The position numbers and the translations under genes are program-made. Below, piece after piece: positions 8,109-18,153 of a DNA stretch of 32,000 nucleotides. This DNA comes from Candidatus Nanopusillus acidilobi (lineage in GTDB: Archaea; Nanobdellota; Nanobdellia; Nanobdellales; Nanobdellaceae), in the NCBI GenBank assembly GCA_001552015.1, contig CP010514.1, positions 60,001 through 92,000 of the forward strand. The letters are read 5' to 3'. The notes beneath the pieces were generated by a model. It had not been told where the DNA came from and ran no database searches. It worked only from the letters and a program-made list of their open reading frames with translations. Positions within the stretch are counted from its first letter, which is position 1. Each line of letters opens with the position of its first letter.

Positions 8109-9254
8109 TTCTATATCTTTTAGAATATTCATATATGATATAAAAGAATCATATGGGGTTGCAAAAGCCTCTTCTCTAAAATATTTATGTACATCCCCAT
8201 CACTATTATATTTTAAACTCATATAATAGAAGTTATCTGAAGTTGATAGATATCTCAATATATTTAATGTTCTTTCATCATTCTTATATTTTTTATATAA
8301 TTCTCTCAAATAATCTAAAGCTTCTCTTTGTATACTATCCCCAATCCATGCAGACAAATCTCTCTCAATATCAGCCCATGATATTAATTCAGGAATATTT
8401 AATTCATCTTTATAATTAAATTCTTCTGTAGCTTCAGTTATATTATATGTTTCAAAATATTTTTCTTTTCCAATATATTCAAATAACTTATTCCAAAATT
8501 CAAATATTCCAGATTCTTTCCATATATGTTCTCCAATTGTTTCAAAGTCCATGAATATATTTATTATATCCCCTGGAGTATTCTTTAGCCATAAATAATA
8601 CTTATCTGCAGTTAATGGATATTCTGACCAATTCTTATTTGTAAATCTAAATCCTATATCATCAGATAATCTATAATTTCTTAATAATAATCTTAAATTG
8701 TTTATTTTTAATTTATATACATAATTTGGACTTCTATTTCCCAAAATTTTTTCAGTTCCTTCAGTTAATGCAACTTTATATCCTAAAGAATATATAATTT
8801 CTCCGATTTCATTGTTAAATACAAGTTCAAAGTTTCTGAAGCTTCTAGATTTATAATTAAATATTTCTTTTATTTTCTTTCTATGCAATTTTATTTGGTT
8901 AATAAATTCATCTTTATCAATTAAATATGCCAATGAATGATAGTAAGTTTCTGATACAATTTCTACATTTCCAGTATCTACCAATTTTTTCCATAATTCC
9001 AAAATTTCTGGATGATATAATTCTAATTGCTCAATTAATGTTCCAGAAATTGAAAATGATACTTTTATATCATATTTTGTAATATTATCATATATCATTT
9101 CTAATGCTGGTTTATAGCATTTATATACAACCCTATCTAATATTCTTTTATTTAGATCATCGTTGAAATAATTTTTTGATCCAATATCAAAAAAAGAATA
9201 ATATCTTATTCTTCTTGGTTGATGTGCATGGAAATAAAATACAATGCCTGTCAT
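8079..9254 (-). CDS. Glycoside hydrolase family 57 (alpha-amylase / alpha-glucan-acting enzyme)
   Basis: GH57 conserved regions are present: FYFHAHQPRR (HQP), GNVEIVSETYYHSL (nucleophile Glu region) and FMDFETIGEH (acid/base Asp region). Confidence 0.85.
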   Translation of the reverse strand: MTGIVFYFHAHQPRRIRYYSFFDIGSKNYFNDDLNKRILDRVVYKCYKPALEMIYDNITKYDIKVSFSISGTLIEQLELYHPEILELWKKLVDTGNVEIVSETYYHSLAYLIDKDEFINQIKLHRKKIKEIFNYKSRSFRNFELVFNNEIGEIIYSLGYKVALTEGTEKILGNRSPNYVYKLKINNLRLLLRNYRLSDDIGFRFTNKNWSEYPLTADKYYLWLKNTPGDIINIFMDFETIGEHIWKESGIFEFWNKLFEYIGKEKYFETYNITEATEEFNYKDELNIPELISWADIERDLSAWIGDSIQREALDYLRELYKKYKNDERTLNILRYLSTSDNFYYMSLKYNSDGDVHKYFREEAFATPYDSFISYMNILKDIELNQAIENRN

Positions 9255-9291
9255 AAATATTTTTTAAAGATATAACAATATAAAATTTAAT

Positions 9292-9606
9292 ATGATTGAA
9301 GTTGATGATGAAAAACAAGCATTTATCACTATTGATGGACAAAAATTATATGGTCTTCAAGATTTATTAATTTGGCTATACAATGCAGATCAAGATAAAT
9401 TTAATTATCATAAAAATCATTTTCCAGAATGGATAAAAAATTCATTAAAGGAGGAGGGATTGTATGAAAAGGTAAAGGAAGCAAAAGATAAGGACGAATA
9501 TATAAAAATAATAGGAAATTTCTTAAAAGCTCATGAAATATATGTAAAGAAAAAAATTTCAAAAGAAGAAGCTGAAGTAAAATTTTCAAAACTATTAGGA
9601 TTATGA
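9292..9606 (+). CDS. Small K/E-rich hypothetical protein, first gene of a 3-gene operon; possibly DUF5752-like (from memory, unverified)
   Basis: ATG start 38 nt from the divergent GH57 start. ATGA overlap with the downstream ParA/MinD gene. No motif I can assign firmly. Confidence 0.5.
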   Translation: MIEVDDEKQAFITIDGQKLYGLQDLLIWLYNADQDKFNYHKNHFPEWIKNSLKEEGLYEKVKEAKDKDEYIKIIGNFLKAHEIYVKKKISKEEAEVKFSKLLGL

Positions 9607-10265
9607 TAGTATCTTTTATATCATTAAAGGGTGGAGTTGGAAAAACTACATTGGCGAATAATCTCGCAGCATATTTAAAAAAGGAATATAATTATAAAGT
9701 ATTGATAATAGATACAAATGGGATTTATTCTTCGAATTTAATATTTCTAAATAATGAAAAATTCTTTGGAAATAAAATATATGAAGGAATAAAGATATTA
9801 CCATACTTTCATTTAAAAATTATAGATAATTTAGATTTTAGTATTAATGATCTAAATTATTTGAAAAGGTATTATGATGTAATTATTTTTGATGTACTTC
9901 CAAATATAAATTATATATTAAATATTGAGAAAATATCGGACATAAATTTTTTAGTAATAAATCCAGATTTCTATTCTTTATATGTAAATAAAAAATTATA
10001 TGATCTTTTAGATAAAAACAAAGTAAAAATAGTAGTAAATAAATATGATAAAAGTATTGAAATAGATTTTATAGAAGATGTATTTAATAAAGAAGTATAT
10101 ACAGTTATTCCAATAGTTAAAGATTTTATTAATTATCAACTCCAATATCAACCAATAGCATTTTATAACGAAAAGTCAAAAGCATTGAAATATATAGATG
10201 AATTAGCATATTGTATAACTGGAAATAAAAAGAAAAGAAGTATATTTGATATTATATTTAGATGA
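9603..10265 (+). CDS. ParA/MinD-family P-loop ATPase (deviant Walker A)
   Basis: SLKGGVGKTTLANNLAAYL (KGGxxGKT), LIIDTN and YDVIIFDVLP. 4-nt overlaps with both flanking genes. Confidence 0.85.
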   Translation: MIVSFISLKGGVGKTTLANNLAAYLKKEYNYKVLIIDTNGIYSSNLIFLNNEKFFGNKIYEGIKILPYFHLKIIDNLDFSINDLNYLKRYYDVIIFDVLPNINYILNIEKISDINFLVINPDFYSLYVNKKLYDLLDKNKVKIVVNKYDKSIEIDFIEDVFNKEVYTVIPIVKDFINYQLQYQPIAFYNEKSKALKYIDELAYCITGNKKKRSIFDIIFR

Positions 10266-11881
10266 TAATATTTGAACAATCTTGGGAAGTATGTAATAAA
10301 GTAGGGGGAATATATACTGTAATATCTACTAAAGCAAAATATATAAAAGAAAAATATAAGGATAAATATTTTTTGATTGGTCCATATAAAAATAATTCAG
10401 AATTTATTGAATTAGATCCTCCAAATTATATAAAAGAAATAAATTATCAATTAGATGGAATTAAGGTACATTATGGATATTGGAATATTGAATCAAAGCC
10501 AAATGTATTTCTAATAGAATTTGATGAATTTTTTAATAAAGAAAGAAATTTATGGAAATATAAATATTGGGAATGGTATAAAATAGATTCTTTAAATTCA
10601 GATTTTACGTTTGATGAGCCATTATTATGGTCGGTTGCTGTCGGTATATTTTTAGAAAAATTAGATAAATATTTTAATGAGAAAAAAATATTACATGCAC
10701 ATGAATGGTTATCTGGAGGTACAATATTATATATAAAGAAGAACAATCTAAATTATAAAACAATATTAACAATTCATGGAACAGTTATTGGAAGAGCATT
10801 ATCTGAAAAAAATGTAAATGTAGAAAATGCATTGAATATAATAGATCCTGATAAAGATTCATATAGATTAGGAATAAATTCAAAATATCAATTGGAAAAA
10901 CAGGCGATATTGAATTCAGATATATTTACAGTTGTATCTGATAATTTGGGAGAAGAAGCATATAAAATATATAAGAGAAAACCAGATTATATAACATATA
11001 ATTATATAAATGTAAAAGAAAAAGAATTATTTAATTATTATAAAATTTCAAAAAAATGGATAGATGAATTTTTAACTTGGTATTTTTATCCATATTATGA
11101 TTTACCAGAAAAATACTTACTAATATATACTATTGGTAGATATGAACCATATAATAAAGGTTTGGATTTATTTATTGATTTATTGAAATATTTAGATGAA
11201 AATAAATTAAATACTATTGCGTTTATTTTTGTTCCTTATAGTATTAAAGGACAAAATGATAATATAATTAGATCTTATAAAGAATATATTAAATTGAAGG
11301 AAAATATAGAAGAAAATATTCATTTAATTATTAGATCTTTATATAATGGAAAAAATATATTGGATAAGTTAGATAGAATAAAGAATAAAAATCCACCAAT
11401 ATGTACCCATGATGTAGAAAATAATATTATAATTGAAAAATTGAGAGAAAATAATTTAAATAATGATAAAAATAATTATGTAAAAGTTATATATGTTCCC
11501 GTTTATCTTGGAAATGATGTATTATTTAGTTTAGATACAGAATATATATTACCGGCATTTGATTTTGGTATATTTTTATCAAGATATGAACCTTATGGAT
11601 ATACACCATTAGAAGCATTGAATAATTTTGTTCCAATTGTTTTATCTAATAAAACTGGATTTTATAGAAATCTAATAAATAAAAATATAAGTCATGAATA
11701 TATAATCAGTGTAGATCCAAGTAATTTGGATAAAGAACTTATATATAATAAATTTTTGCAATATTATAATTTGGATTTATATGATAAAATGGAAATAAAA
11801 AAGCAAATGTATGAAATATCTAAGAAATTTGATTGGAAAAATAATATAAATGAATATATAAATATTTATGAATCTATGTAA
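10262..11881 (+). CDS. Glycogen synthase, GT3 (eukaryote-type) family
   Basis: The N-terminus FEQSWEVCNKVGGIYTVISTKA closely matches the GT3 glycogen synthase hallmark (FE.SWEVANKVGGIYTV..TKA). C-terminal EPYGYTPLEAL is also present. Confidence 0.85.
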   Translation: MIIFEQSWEVCNKVGGIYTVISTKAKYIKEKYKDKYFLIGPYKNNSEFIELDPPNYIKEINYQLDGIKVHYGYWNIESKPNVFLIEFDEFFNKERNLWKYKYWEWYKIDSLNSDFTFDEPLLWSVAVGIFLEKLDKYFNEKKILHAHEWLSGGTILYIKKNNLNYKTILTIHGTVIGRALSEKNVNVENALNIIDPDKDSYRLGINSKYQLEKQAILNSDIFTVVSDNLGEEAYKIYKRKPDYITYNYINVKEKELFNYYKISKKWIDEFLTWYFYPYYDLPEKYLLIYTIGRYEPYNKGLDLFIDLLKYLDENKLNTIAFIFVPYSIKGQNDNIIRSYKEYIKLKENIEENIHLIIRSLYNGKNILDKLDRIKNKNPPICTHDVENNIIIEKLRENNLNNDKNNYVKVIYVPVYLGNDVLFSLDTEYILPAFDFGIFLSRYEPYGYTPLEALNNFVPIVLSNKTGFYRNLINKNISHEYIISVDPSNLDKELIYNKFLQYYNLDLYDKMEIKKQMYEISKKFDWKNNINEYINIYESM

Positions 11882-11914
11882 TAATTTAAAAGTAACAAAA
11901 ATTAATTTTGATAT

Positions 11915-12559
11915 ATGGTATCGTTTGCAAGTTTCATAATAAACCTAGTAAATATATTGGGAATAAATCTAATATTTACTTTTCTATTTTATTTTGGAAT
12001 ATTATATTTTCTAATAAAATTCTTATTAGATGCTATTGGAAAAAAGGATGAAAAAGAAGGAAAAAAAGATATAAATAGTGTACTAGCATTTATTATATCT
12101 GTTTCTGCATCATTATTATTAACAACATTTACTGGTTTTGTATTATATACTCAATATTTTGTAGCTTTTATAGTTTCAATGATTTTAGTGTTCTTTTTCT
12201 TTATACTTTTGGGAGCTTTCTTAACAAATGGAAAAATATTTGAATTAATAGAAAAAAGAATGTTTTCGGGTGAAAGACAAAGTAGCGCTAGATATATACC
12301 ATTGATAATGGTAATATTTATTATTTTATTTGCTTTATTAGCTATGTATTATGCATATCAAGGTTATTTTTTATCGATAACTTTTGGTACATCTCCAGGA
12401 GCACTGAATTATATAATAACTTTTAATCCTTATATATTATTTGCAGCTATATTTTTTGTTTTAATAGGAGTATTTTTGATATTATCTGGCACTGGTCCTA
12501 GTTCTGAAAGTGGAAAGGGATCTGAAAAACAAGGTGGAGATAAGGGAAAATCTGGATAA
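11915..12559 (+). CDS. Polytopic membrane protein with a G/S/K-rich C-terminal tail; function unknown
   Basis: About 5-6 hydrophobic segments, with tail GPSSESGKGSEKQGGDKGKSG. The stop at 12557-12559 abuts the convergent SBDS stop at 12560-12562. Confidence 0.6.
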   Translation: MVSFASFIINLVNILGINLIFTFLFYFGILYFLIKFLLDAIGKKDEKEGKKDINSVLAFIISVSASLLLTTFTGFVLYTQYFVAFIVSMILVFFFFILLGAFLTNGKIFELIEKRMFSGERQSSARYIPLIMVIFIILFALLAMYYAYQGYFLSITFGTSPGALNYIITFNPYILFAAIFFVLIGVFLILSGTGPSSESGKGSEKQGGDKGKSG

Positions 12560-13249
12560 TTATTTTTTTATTTCTTCAACTATACAATCTTCTCCACATA
12601 ACTTTCCTATATCTGAATAAAATTCTGATAATAATCCAATTGGGATTTCTAATATTGCTTCATAATTTTCACCCCAATTTTCTTTTATAATTTTATATTT
12701 ATTTTTTATTATTCCAATTATTTTGAATTTATTTGGGTATACTGTAAGTCTTATATTTTTATATTCTATCTTTAATGGATATTTTTTTCTTATTTCCTTT
12801 AAAACCTCTTCAGCTTGTTTTTCTACAGGTTTATTTATATCTACATTATATTTTACCATTTCGAATAATTCTTTTGCTCTTTCATATGTTAATGGCATAT
12901 TATTTTTGCTATCATATGCTATTCTTCTTATATATTCAATAATTTGTTTTTTCTTTTCTTCAATTAATTCTTTCTTATATTCTGTTGGTAATGGAATTTC
13001 AGAATTTTTTAATATTTCTTTTGCAATTTCAAGAATATCTGTTGTTCCAAAAGCTTTCTTTAGAGATTCAGCTGATGCTCTTTCTCCCTTTTTAGAATCT
13101 TTAAAAATTTCTTCTATAGTTAATACTTCTCTTATATCTTTTATTTTCCCTTCCTTATATTCAAGAGCTTTTCTTAAATATACAATTATCTCAAAATTAT
13201 AGCCTCCTTTTTTATATTTTATACTTATTTCTGTATCTTTATCCTTCAT
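12560..13249 (-). CDS. SBDS-family ribosome maturation protein
   Basis: The N-terminal FYSH-like region (FEIIVYLRKALEYKEGKIKDIREVLTIEEIFKDSKKGERASAESLKKAFGTTD) is typical of archaeal SBDS. Canonical position downstream of psmA. Confidence 0.9.
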   Translation of the reverse strand: MKDKDTEISIKYKKGGYNFEIIVYLRKALEYKEGKIKDIREVLTIEEIFKDSKKGERASAESLKKAFGTTDILEIAKEILKNSEIPLPTEYKKELIEEKKKQIIEYIRRIAYDSKNNMPLTYERAKELFEMVKYNVDINKPVEKQAEEVLKEIRKKYPLKIEYKNIRLTVYPNKFKIIGIIKNKYKIIKENWGENYEAILEIPIGLLSEFYSDIGKLCGEDCIVEEIKK

Positions 13250-13955
13250 ATAACTCTTTTATTTCATGATTTTCAACTGTTTTAACTTTATCACCTTTCT
13301 TTACATATGATAATATTAATCTCTCATATGCAAAATTATCTCCTAAATATTCTTTTAATATATCTATTCCAAATTTAATTGCCTCATTTAAATCCATTTC
13401 TTTATATCTTTCTTCTAATATTGGTGTAATTTTATCTTCTCCTTCTCCAATTACAACAGCTTTATATCTATAGAATATTCCAGAGGGATCTAATGAAAAT
13501 AACTTTGGTTCGCCATCTTTATCTATTCCTCCAATTATTAATGATACAGCAAAAGGTCTTACACCACCAAATCTTGTATAGGATTGCATTACATCACTTA
13601 TTTCCCTTACTAATAGTTCTATATCTATTTGTTTTCCATATTGTAATTTATGTTGTTGAGTAATTTCTCTTGCATAATCTATTAGTACTCTACCATCTGG
13701 TATAAATCCAGAGAATGTTCCAATTATATTATCATCAATTTCCATAATTTTTTCAATAGAATCTGTTATAATTAATTTACTTGGAATCTTTTTATCTGCA
13801 ATTATTAATATACCGTCTGTTGTAGATATTCCAATTGCTGTTGATCCAGCTTTAGCAGCCTGTTTTGCATATTCTACTAATATTAATTTTCCTTCCGGTG
13901 AAAATATTGCCCATCCTCTATCCATTGGTCCGAATTGTCCAAGATCAGTTTCCAT
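13239..13955 (-). CDS. psmA: Proteasome subunit alpha
   Basis: FSPEGKLILVEYAKQAAKAGSTAIGI matches the alpha-subunit signature (FSPEGRLYQVEYA). Confidence 0.93.
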   Translation of the reverse strand: METDLGQFGPMDRGWAIFSPEGKLILVEYAKQAAKAGSTAIGISTTDGILIIADKKIPSKLIITDSIEKIMEIDDNIIGTFSGFIPDGRVLIDYAREITQQHKLQYGKQIDIELLVREISDVMQSYTRFGGVRPFAVSLIIGGIDKDGEPKLFSLDPSGIFYRYKAVVIGEGEDKITPILEERYKEMDLNEAIKFGIDILKEYLGDNFAYERLILSYVKKGDKVKTVENHEIKELYEG

Positions 13956-13966
13956 AAAGATAAAGT

Positions 13967-14245
13967 TTAAGATATATTTAAAAAAGATTTTGCACTTTTT
14001 AATGTTTTAAATATTTTAAAATTTTTTATATTTTGTAAATATAATAAAAAGATTATTTTATACAAATGTTTTTTATTTATAGACAAAATTATTCTTTTAT
14101 TTATTTCTATTTTATTCAAATGTAAATCATAATAATTTATATATCCAAAATATTTAATAAAATCATTTTTTAATTTTTCTTCATCAAAAAAATCTAATAA
14201 GATATATCTATTTTTAATTTTTAATGCCTTTGGTAATATTACCAT
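13967..14245 (-). CDS. Probable RNase P protein component 2 (Pop5-like), unusually short at 92 aa
   Basis: The N-terminus LPKALKIKNRYILLDF resembles the Pop5 start (LPPxLRxxxRYIxFE). It occupies the Pop5 slot upstream of psmA-SBDS. The sequence is highly diverged. Confidence 0.5.
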   Translation of the reverse strand: MVILPKALKIKNRYILLDFFDEEKLKNDFIKYFGYINYYDLHLNKIEINKRIILSINKKHLYKIIFLLYLQNIKNFKIFKTLKSAKSFLNIS

Positions 14246-15165
14246 TCCTCAACATTGTTCATTTTTGCTTCAATATCTTTAAGATTTAATTTTTCTAACA
14301 TTTCCTTATATCTATTTCTTATTGTAACTTCAGTTATTCCAGCAACTTCTGCTATATCTTTTTGTGTCTTCTGTATTCCATGTTTTACGCATGCTAAATA
14401 TATTGCAGCTGCTGCAACTCCTGCTGGACCTCTACCTGCAGTTATATCGGATTCTTTTGCTTTATTAACTATTTCTATTGCAGTAGATACTACTTCTGGT
14501 GGTAGGTTTAATAATGATGAAAATCTATGTACGTATTCTGTAACATCTATTGGTTGTATTTTTATCTTTAATGCTTGTAATAAGTGCTTATATGTTCTTC
14601 CCAATTCTTTTTTATGTATATTTGATGCTTTAACTATTTCATCTATTGTTCTTGCAACATCATGTATTCTACATGCTATATATGTGCATGCAGCAATAAC
14701 AGTTTCTACAGATCTTCCTCTAATTAATCCCTTTTCAACAGCATCTAGATATAATTTTAATGCTGTTTCTTCTACCTGTTTTGGTAATTGCAGGAATGAA
14801 GAAATCCTCTTTAATTCCTGTTGTGCTAATTTTAGATTTCTTTCATATGAACTTGTAGATCTTTGCTGCCATTTTTTAAGTTTTCTAGATAATGCAATAT
14901 CCTCATCTTTTGATTCTGCTTTTCCAATTTCTGTCGATATCATACTTGGTATATTTGTATATCTCATTGCACTACCTGTTCTTGATAATTTTTCTGCATC
15001 TTCTGAATTTATTGTTCTATATTCCTTTCCCAAATATGGAACTTCTTCAATTACATATCCACATTTTGCACATACTAATTCTGCTGTTTTCTCATTGTAT
15101 ATAAATTCTGTACTTCCACATATTGGACATTTCAATTCAGGATTTTTTATAAGCTTTTGGACCAT
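14239..15165 (-). CDS. tfb: Transcription initiation factor IIB (TFB)
   Basis: N-terminal Zn ribbon CPICGSTEFIYNEKTAELVCAKCGYV followed by two cyclin-fold repeats (RGRSVETVIAACTYIACR, GRGPAGVAAAAIYLAC). Confidence 0.95.
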   Translation of the reverse strand: MVQKLIKNPELKCPICGSTEFIYNEKTAELVCAKCGYVIEEVPYLGKEYRTINSEDAEKLSRTGSAMRYTNIPSMISTEIGKAESKDEDIALSRKLKKWQQRSTSSYERNLKLAQQELKRISSFLQLPKQVEETALKLYLDAVEKGLIRGRSVETVIAACTYIACRIHDVARTIDEIVKASNIHKKELGRTYKHLLQALKIKIQPIDVTEYVHRFSSLLNLPPEVVSTAIEIVNKAKESDITAGRGPAGVAAAAIYLACVKHGIQKTQKDIAEVAGITEVTIRNRYKEMLEKLNLKDIEAKMNNVEEW

Positions 15166-15186
15166 AATAAATTTTTAAATATTATG

Positions 15187-15194
15187 TTTATAAA
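15187..15194 (-). promoter_or_regulatory. Candidate TATA box TTTATAAA for tfb, 22-29 nt upstream of the ATG (implies a leaderless mRNA)
   Basis: A palindromic TTTATAAA at the spacing expected if transcription starts at or near the start codon. TATA-like strings are common in this AT-rich DNA, so support is weak. Confidence 0.3.
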
Positions 15195-15262
15195 GTTAAC
15201 CTTTTAAGCATTACCAATTTTTTACTATTAATCAATGAATATAACCTTTAGTATTTTTTATA

Positions 15263-16228
15263 TCATTTTGTTAGAACATCAAATTGTTTCCTTATCCATA
15301 TTATAGAAAATATTGCTAATGAAAATATTATTACTTCTATTGGATTAAATATTATAGAAAATATTGGTAATAGAGCAATAGTTATAACAGATGCAATATA
15401 AAATGGTGTAGTTGATAATATTAATATATCTCCAATAAATTTATTTGGATATGTATATCCTTTTCTAATTGATAAAAGTGGAGATAATAATATCCCTATT
15501 GGTATTATTGATGTATATGTAAAGAAAAATAAGAAATAAAAGAAATAATAAACAAAACCATTTAATAATGCTGAAAAGTTTGATATATATTTTATTGATG
15601 AATATATTATCCATAATATTATTGTAGAAATCAAAAATATCCTTAATAATTCATCATTTCTTACTTCTATATTTTTACTTCTTCCAATTCTTTTATATTC
15701 TACTACTATTGGTTTCATGGAAAATACTATTGGAACATATAATCCAAGAGTAATTATTGATATTATAATTGTAATTATATAACTTAGATTGTGTCTCCTT
15801 ATATATGTAAAATTTATTTGATCTTGCTTTGAACTTTTTATTTTCATTTGTTTTATATAATTATAAAAGAATAATATTACAAAAATAGATATCATAACAT
15901 ATACAAACAAGTTATATCTAAATATAAAGAATAATATTATTTCTAAAATAATTAATAGATAATAAAAAAATGCATATGATCTTCTTTTATAAAATAATAT
16001 TTTCAATTCTGCAATAACATTATCTAAATAAATATATAAACCATAAAACGATGAAACTAAATTAAATATAAATAAAAGTATAAAGTATGAAATTACTGTA
16101 TAAATTATTGAGAAAAATAGATTAGCTAATCCAATAAATAAATTATCCCAATGATTAAAAGATAGGAAAAAACCTATAATTATTAAATAATATACTATTC
16201 TTCTATCTATTTTTATATATTCAAACAT
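15263..16228 (-). CDS. Polytopic membrane protein, function unknown
   Basis: 321 aa, about 8 or more hydrophobic segments, no recognisable motif. Confidence 0.55.
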   Translation of the reverse strand: MFEYIKIDRRIVYYLIIIGFFLSFNHWDNLFIGLANLFFSIIYTVISYFILLFIFNLVSSFYGLYIYLDNVIAELKILFYKRRSYAFFYYLLIILEIILFFIFRYNLFVYVMISIFVILFFYNYIKQMKIKSSKQDQINFTYIRRHNLSYIITIIISIITLGLYVPIVFSMKPIVVEYKRIGRSKNIEVRNDELLRIFLISTIILWIIYSSIKYISNFSALLNGFVYYFFYFLFFFTYTSIIPIGILLSPLLSIRKGYTYPNKFIGDILILSTTPFYIASVITIALLPIFSIIFNPIEVIIFSLAIFSIIWIRKQFDVLTK

Positions 16229-16266
16229 ATTTCATCTTTTTATTTTTTAACTTTATAAAATATATT

Positions 16267-18129
16267 ATGTCTGAAAACAATGTAATATCAATAAAGGACT
16301 TATATAACATATTTACATTTAAGACTACAGAAGAAATAAATGTACCTGAAAAAATATCAGAGCAAATTATTGGACAAGATAAGGCATTGGATATAATTAA
16401 AAAAGCTGCTAAACAAAGAAGACATGTTTTATTGATAGGAGATCCTGGTACTGGTAAATCTATGCTAGCACAGGCATTGGCAGAAATATTGTCAGAAGAT
16501 AAGGAACAAGTTAAAAATTTAGAAGATATATTAGTATTTCCAAATCCAAATGATGAATATCAGCCAATAATAAAGACAGTACCAATGGGAGCTGGTAAAA
16601 AAATTGTAGAAGAAATTAGAAAAAGGGTTTTAGAACAAGCAAAGATGTTTCAATATTTTTATATTCTATTATTATTTATATCTGCATTTACTCCAATGTA
16701 CTTTTATTATGCAGGAAATTATATAATGGCTGGTGCAACATTTATTGGATTTATGATTTTAATGGCTGGATTATCTTTTTCTTTCCAAGCAATGCAAAAG
16801 CAAATAATGAAAAATGTACCAAAATTATTGGTAGATAACTCAAATAGGACATCTGTACCATTTGTAGATGCTACAGGTGCATTTGAAGGTATGTTATTTG
16901 GAGATGTATTGCATGACCCATTTCAATCTGGAGGTCTTGAAACTCCAGCCCATCAAAGGGTAATTGCTGGTGCAATACATAAGGCACACAGAGGTGTACT
17001 ATTTATAGATGAAATTGGTACATTAAGACCAGAAGTTCAAATAGAATTATTATCTGTTTTACAAGAAAAGAAATATCCAATATTTGGAAGATCTGAAAGA
17101 TCTGCTGGTGCAATGGTAAGAACTACTCCAGCTCCTGCTGATTTTGTACTAGTTGCAGCTGGAAATTTAGAAACATTACAAAAATTGCATCCAGCATTTA
17201 GATCAAGAATAAGAGGATATGGATATGAAGTATTTATGAATTCTGAAATATTATTTACTGAGGAAACTGCAAAAAAATTTGCTCAATTTGTTGCACAGGA
17301 AATAAAAAAGACAGGCAATATACCTCATTTTACAAAAGAGGCTGTAATAGAAATTATTAAGGAAGCTCAAAGAAGATCTGGAAGAAAGAGTTATTTAACA
17401 TTAAGATTAAGAGATTTGGGAGGATTAGTAAGATTAGCAGGAGATATTGCAAAATCAAAAGGAAAAGAATATGTTGAACCTGAAGATGTTATAGAGGCAA
17501 AGGAAAAGGCATTAACAATTGAAGAACAATTATCAAAATATTATATTGAAAGAAGGAAAGAATATCAAATAATAAAAACTGAAGGATATGAAGTTGGAAG
17601 AGTAAATGGATTGGCAGTAATTGGATCAAGATTATATTATTCAGGATTGGTATTACCAGTTGAGGCAGAAGTTGTTCCTGGAAAAGGTGGTAGAGAAATT
17701 ATTGCTACAGGAAATTTGGGAAAAATTGCAAGAGAAGCAATAGTAAATGTATCTGCAGTAATAAAAAAGAAGTTCGGAGAAGATTTGAAGAAATATAGAG
17801 TTCATGTCCAATTTTTACAAACATATGAAGGTGTAGAAGGGGATTCTGCTTCAATAACTGTTGCAACTGCAATAATATCTGCATTAAAGAATTGGCCAGT
17901 GAGACAAGATCTGGCAATGACAGGTTCTTTATCAATAAGAGGAGAAGTATTACCTGTTGGTGGTATAATAGCAAAAGTAGAAGCTGCAATTGAATCTAAA
18001 TTAAAAGAAGTTATAGTGCCAGAAGGTAATTATAATGATATACCCGAAGACTTATTTGATAAGATAAAAATAACACCTGTAAAAACAATAGATGAAGTTA
18101 TAGAAATTGCAACTGGTAAGAAGATTTAA
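16267..18129 (+). CDS. lonB: Archaeal membrane-bound Lon protease (LonB)
   Basis: Walker [13 protein letters not shown] insertion within the ATPase domain ([14 protein letters not shown]...MAGLSFSF), Walker B VLFIDEIG, catalytic Ser motif [12 protein letters not shown] and Lys region [10 protein letters not shown]. Confidence 0.95.
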   Translation: MSENNVISIKDLYNIFTFKTTEEINVPEKISEQIIGQDKALDIIKKAAKQRRHVLLIGDPGTGKSMLAQALAEILSEDKEQVKNLEDILVFPNPNDEYQPIIKTVPMGAGKKIVEEIRKRVLEQAKMFQYFYILLLFISAFTPMYFYYAGNYIMAGATFIGFMILMAGLSFSFQAMQKQIMKNVPKLLVDNSNRTSVPFVDATGAFEGMLFGDVLHDPFQSGGLETPAHQRVIAGAIHKAHRGVLFIDEIGTLRPEVQIELLSVLQEKKYPIFGRSERSAGAMVRTTPAPADFVLVAAGNLETLQKLHPAFRSRIRGYGYEVFMNSEILFTEETAKKFAQFVAQEIKKTGNIPHFTKEAVIEIIKEAQRRSGRKSYLTLRLRDLGGLVRLAGDIAKSKGKEYVEPEDVIEAKEKALTIEEQLSKYYIERRKEYQIIKTEGYEVGRVNGLAVIGSRLYYSGLVLPVEAEVVPGKGGREIIATGNLGKIAREAIVNVSAVIKKKFGEDLKKYRVHVQFLQTYEGVEGDSASITVATAIISALKNWPVRQDLAMTGSLSIRGEVLPVGGIIAKVEAAIESKLKEVIVPEGNYNDIPEDLFDKIKITPVKTIDEVIEIATGKKI

Positions 18130-18153
18130 AAAATTTTTTATGAATGAATTTTT

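Noticed and set aside
14255-15178. 307-aa plus-strand ORF antisense to tfb. Similar long antisense ORFs lie at 4404-4844, 12723-13202, 2319-2597, 9401-9589, 10471-10746 and 17705-17989.
   Set aside because: These are shadow ORFs opposite well-supported genes. Their translations are low-complexity F/I/L/S strings without motifs, whereas the sense strands encode TFB, the AAA ATPase, SBDS and others.
16252-16259. TTTATAAA upstream of lonB, considered as its TATA box.
   Set aside because: It is only 8-15 nt from the annotated ATG, which is incompatible with the -26 spacing unless the start codon is wrong. TATA-like strings are too frequent here to call without TSS data.
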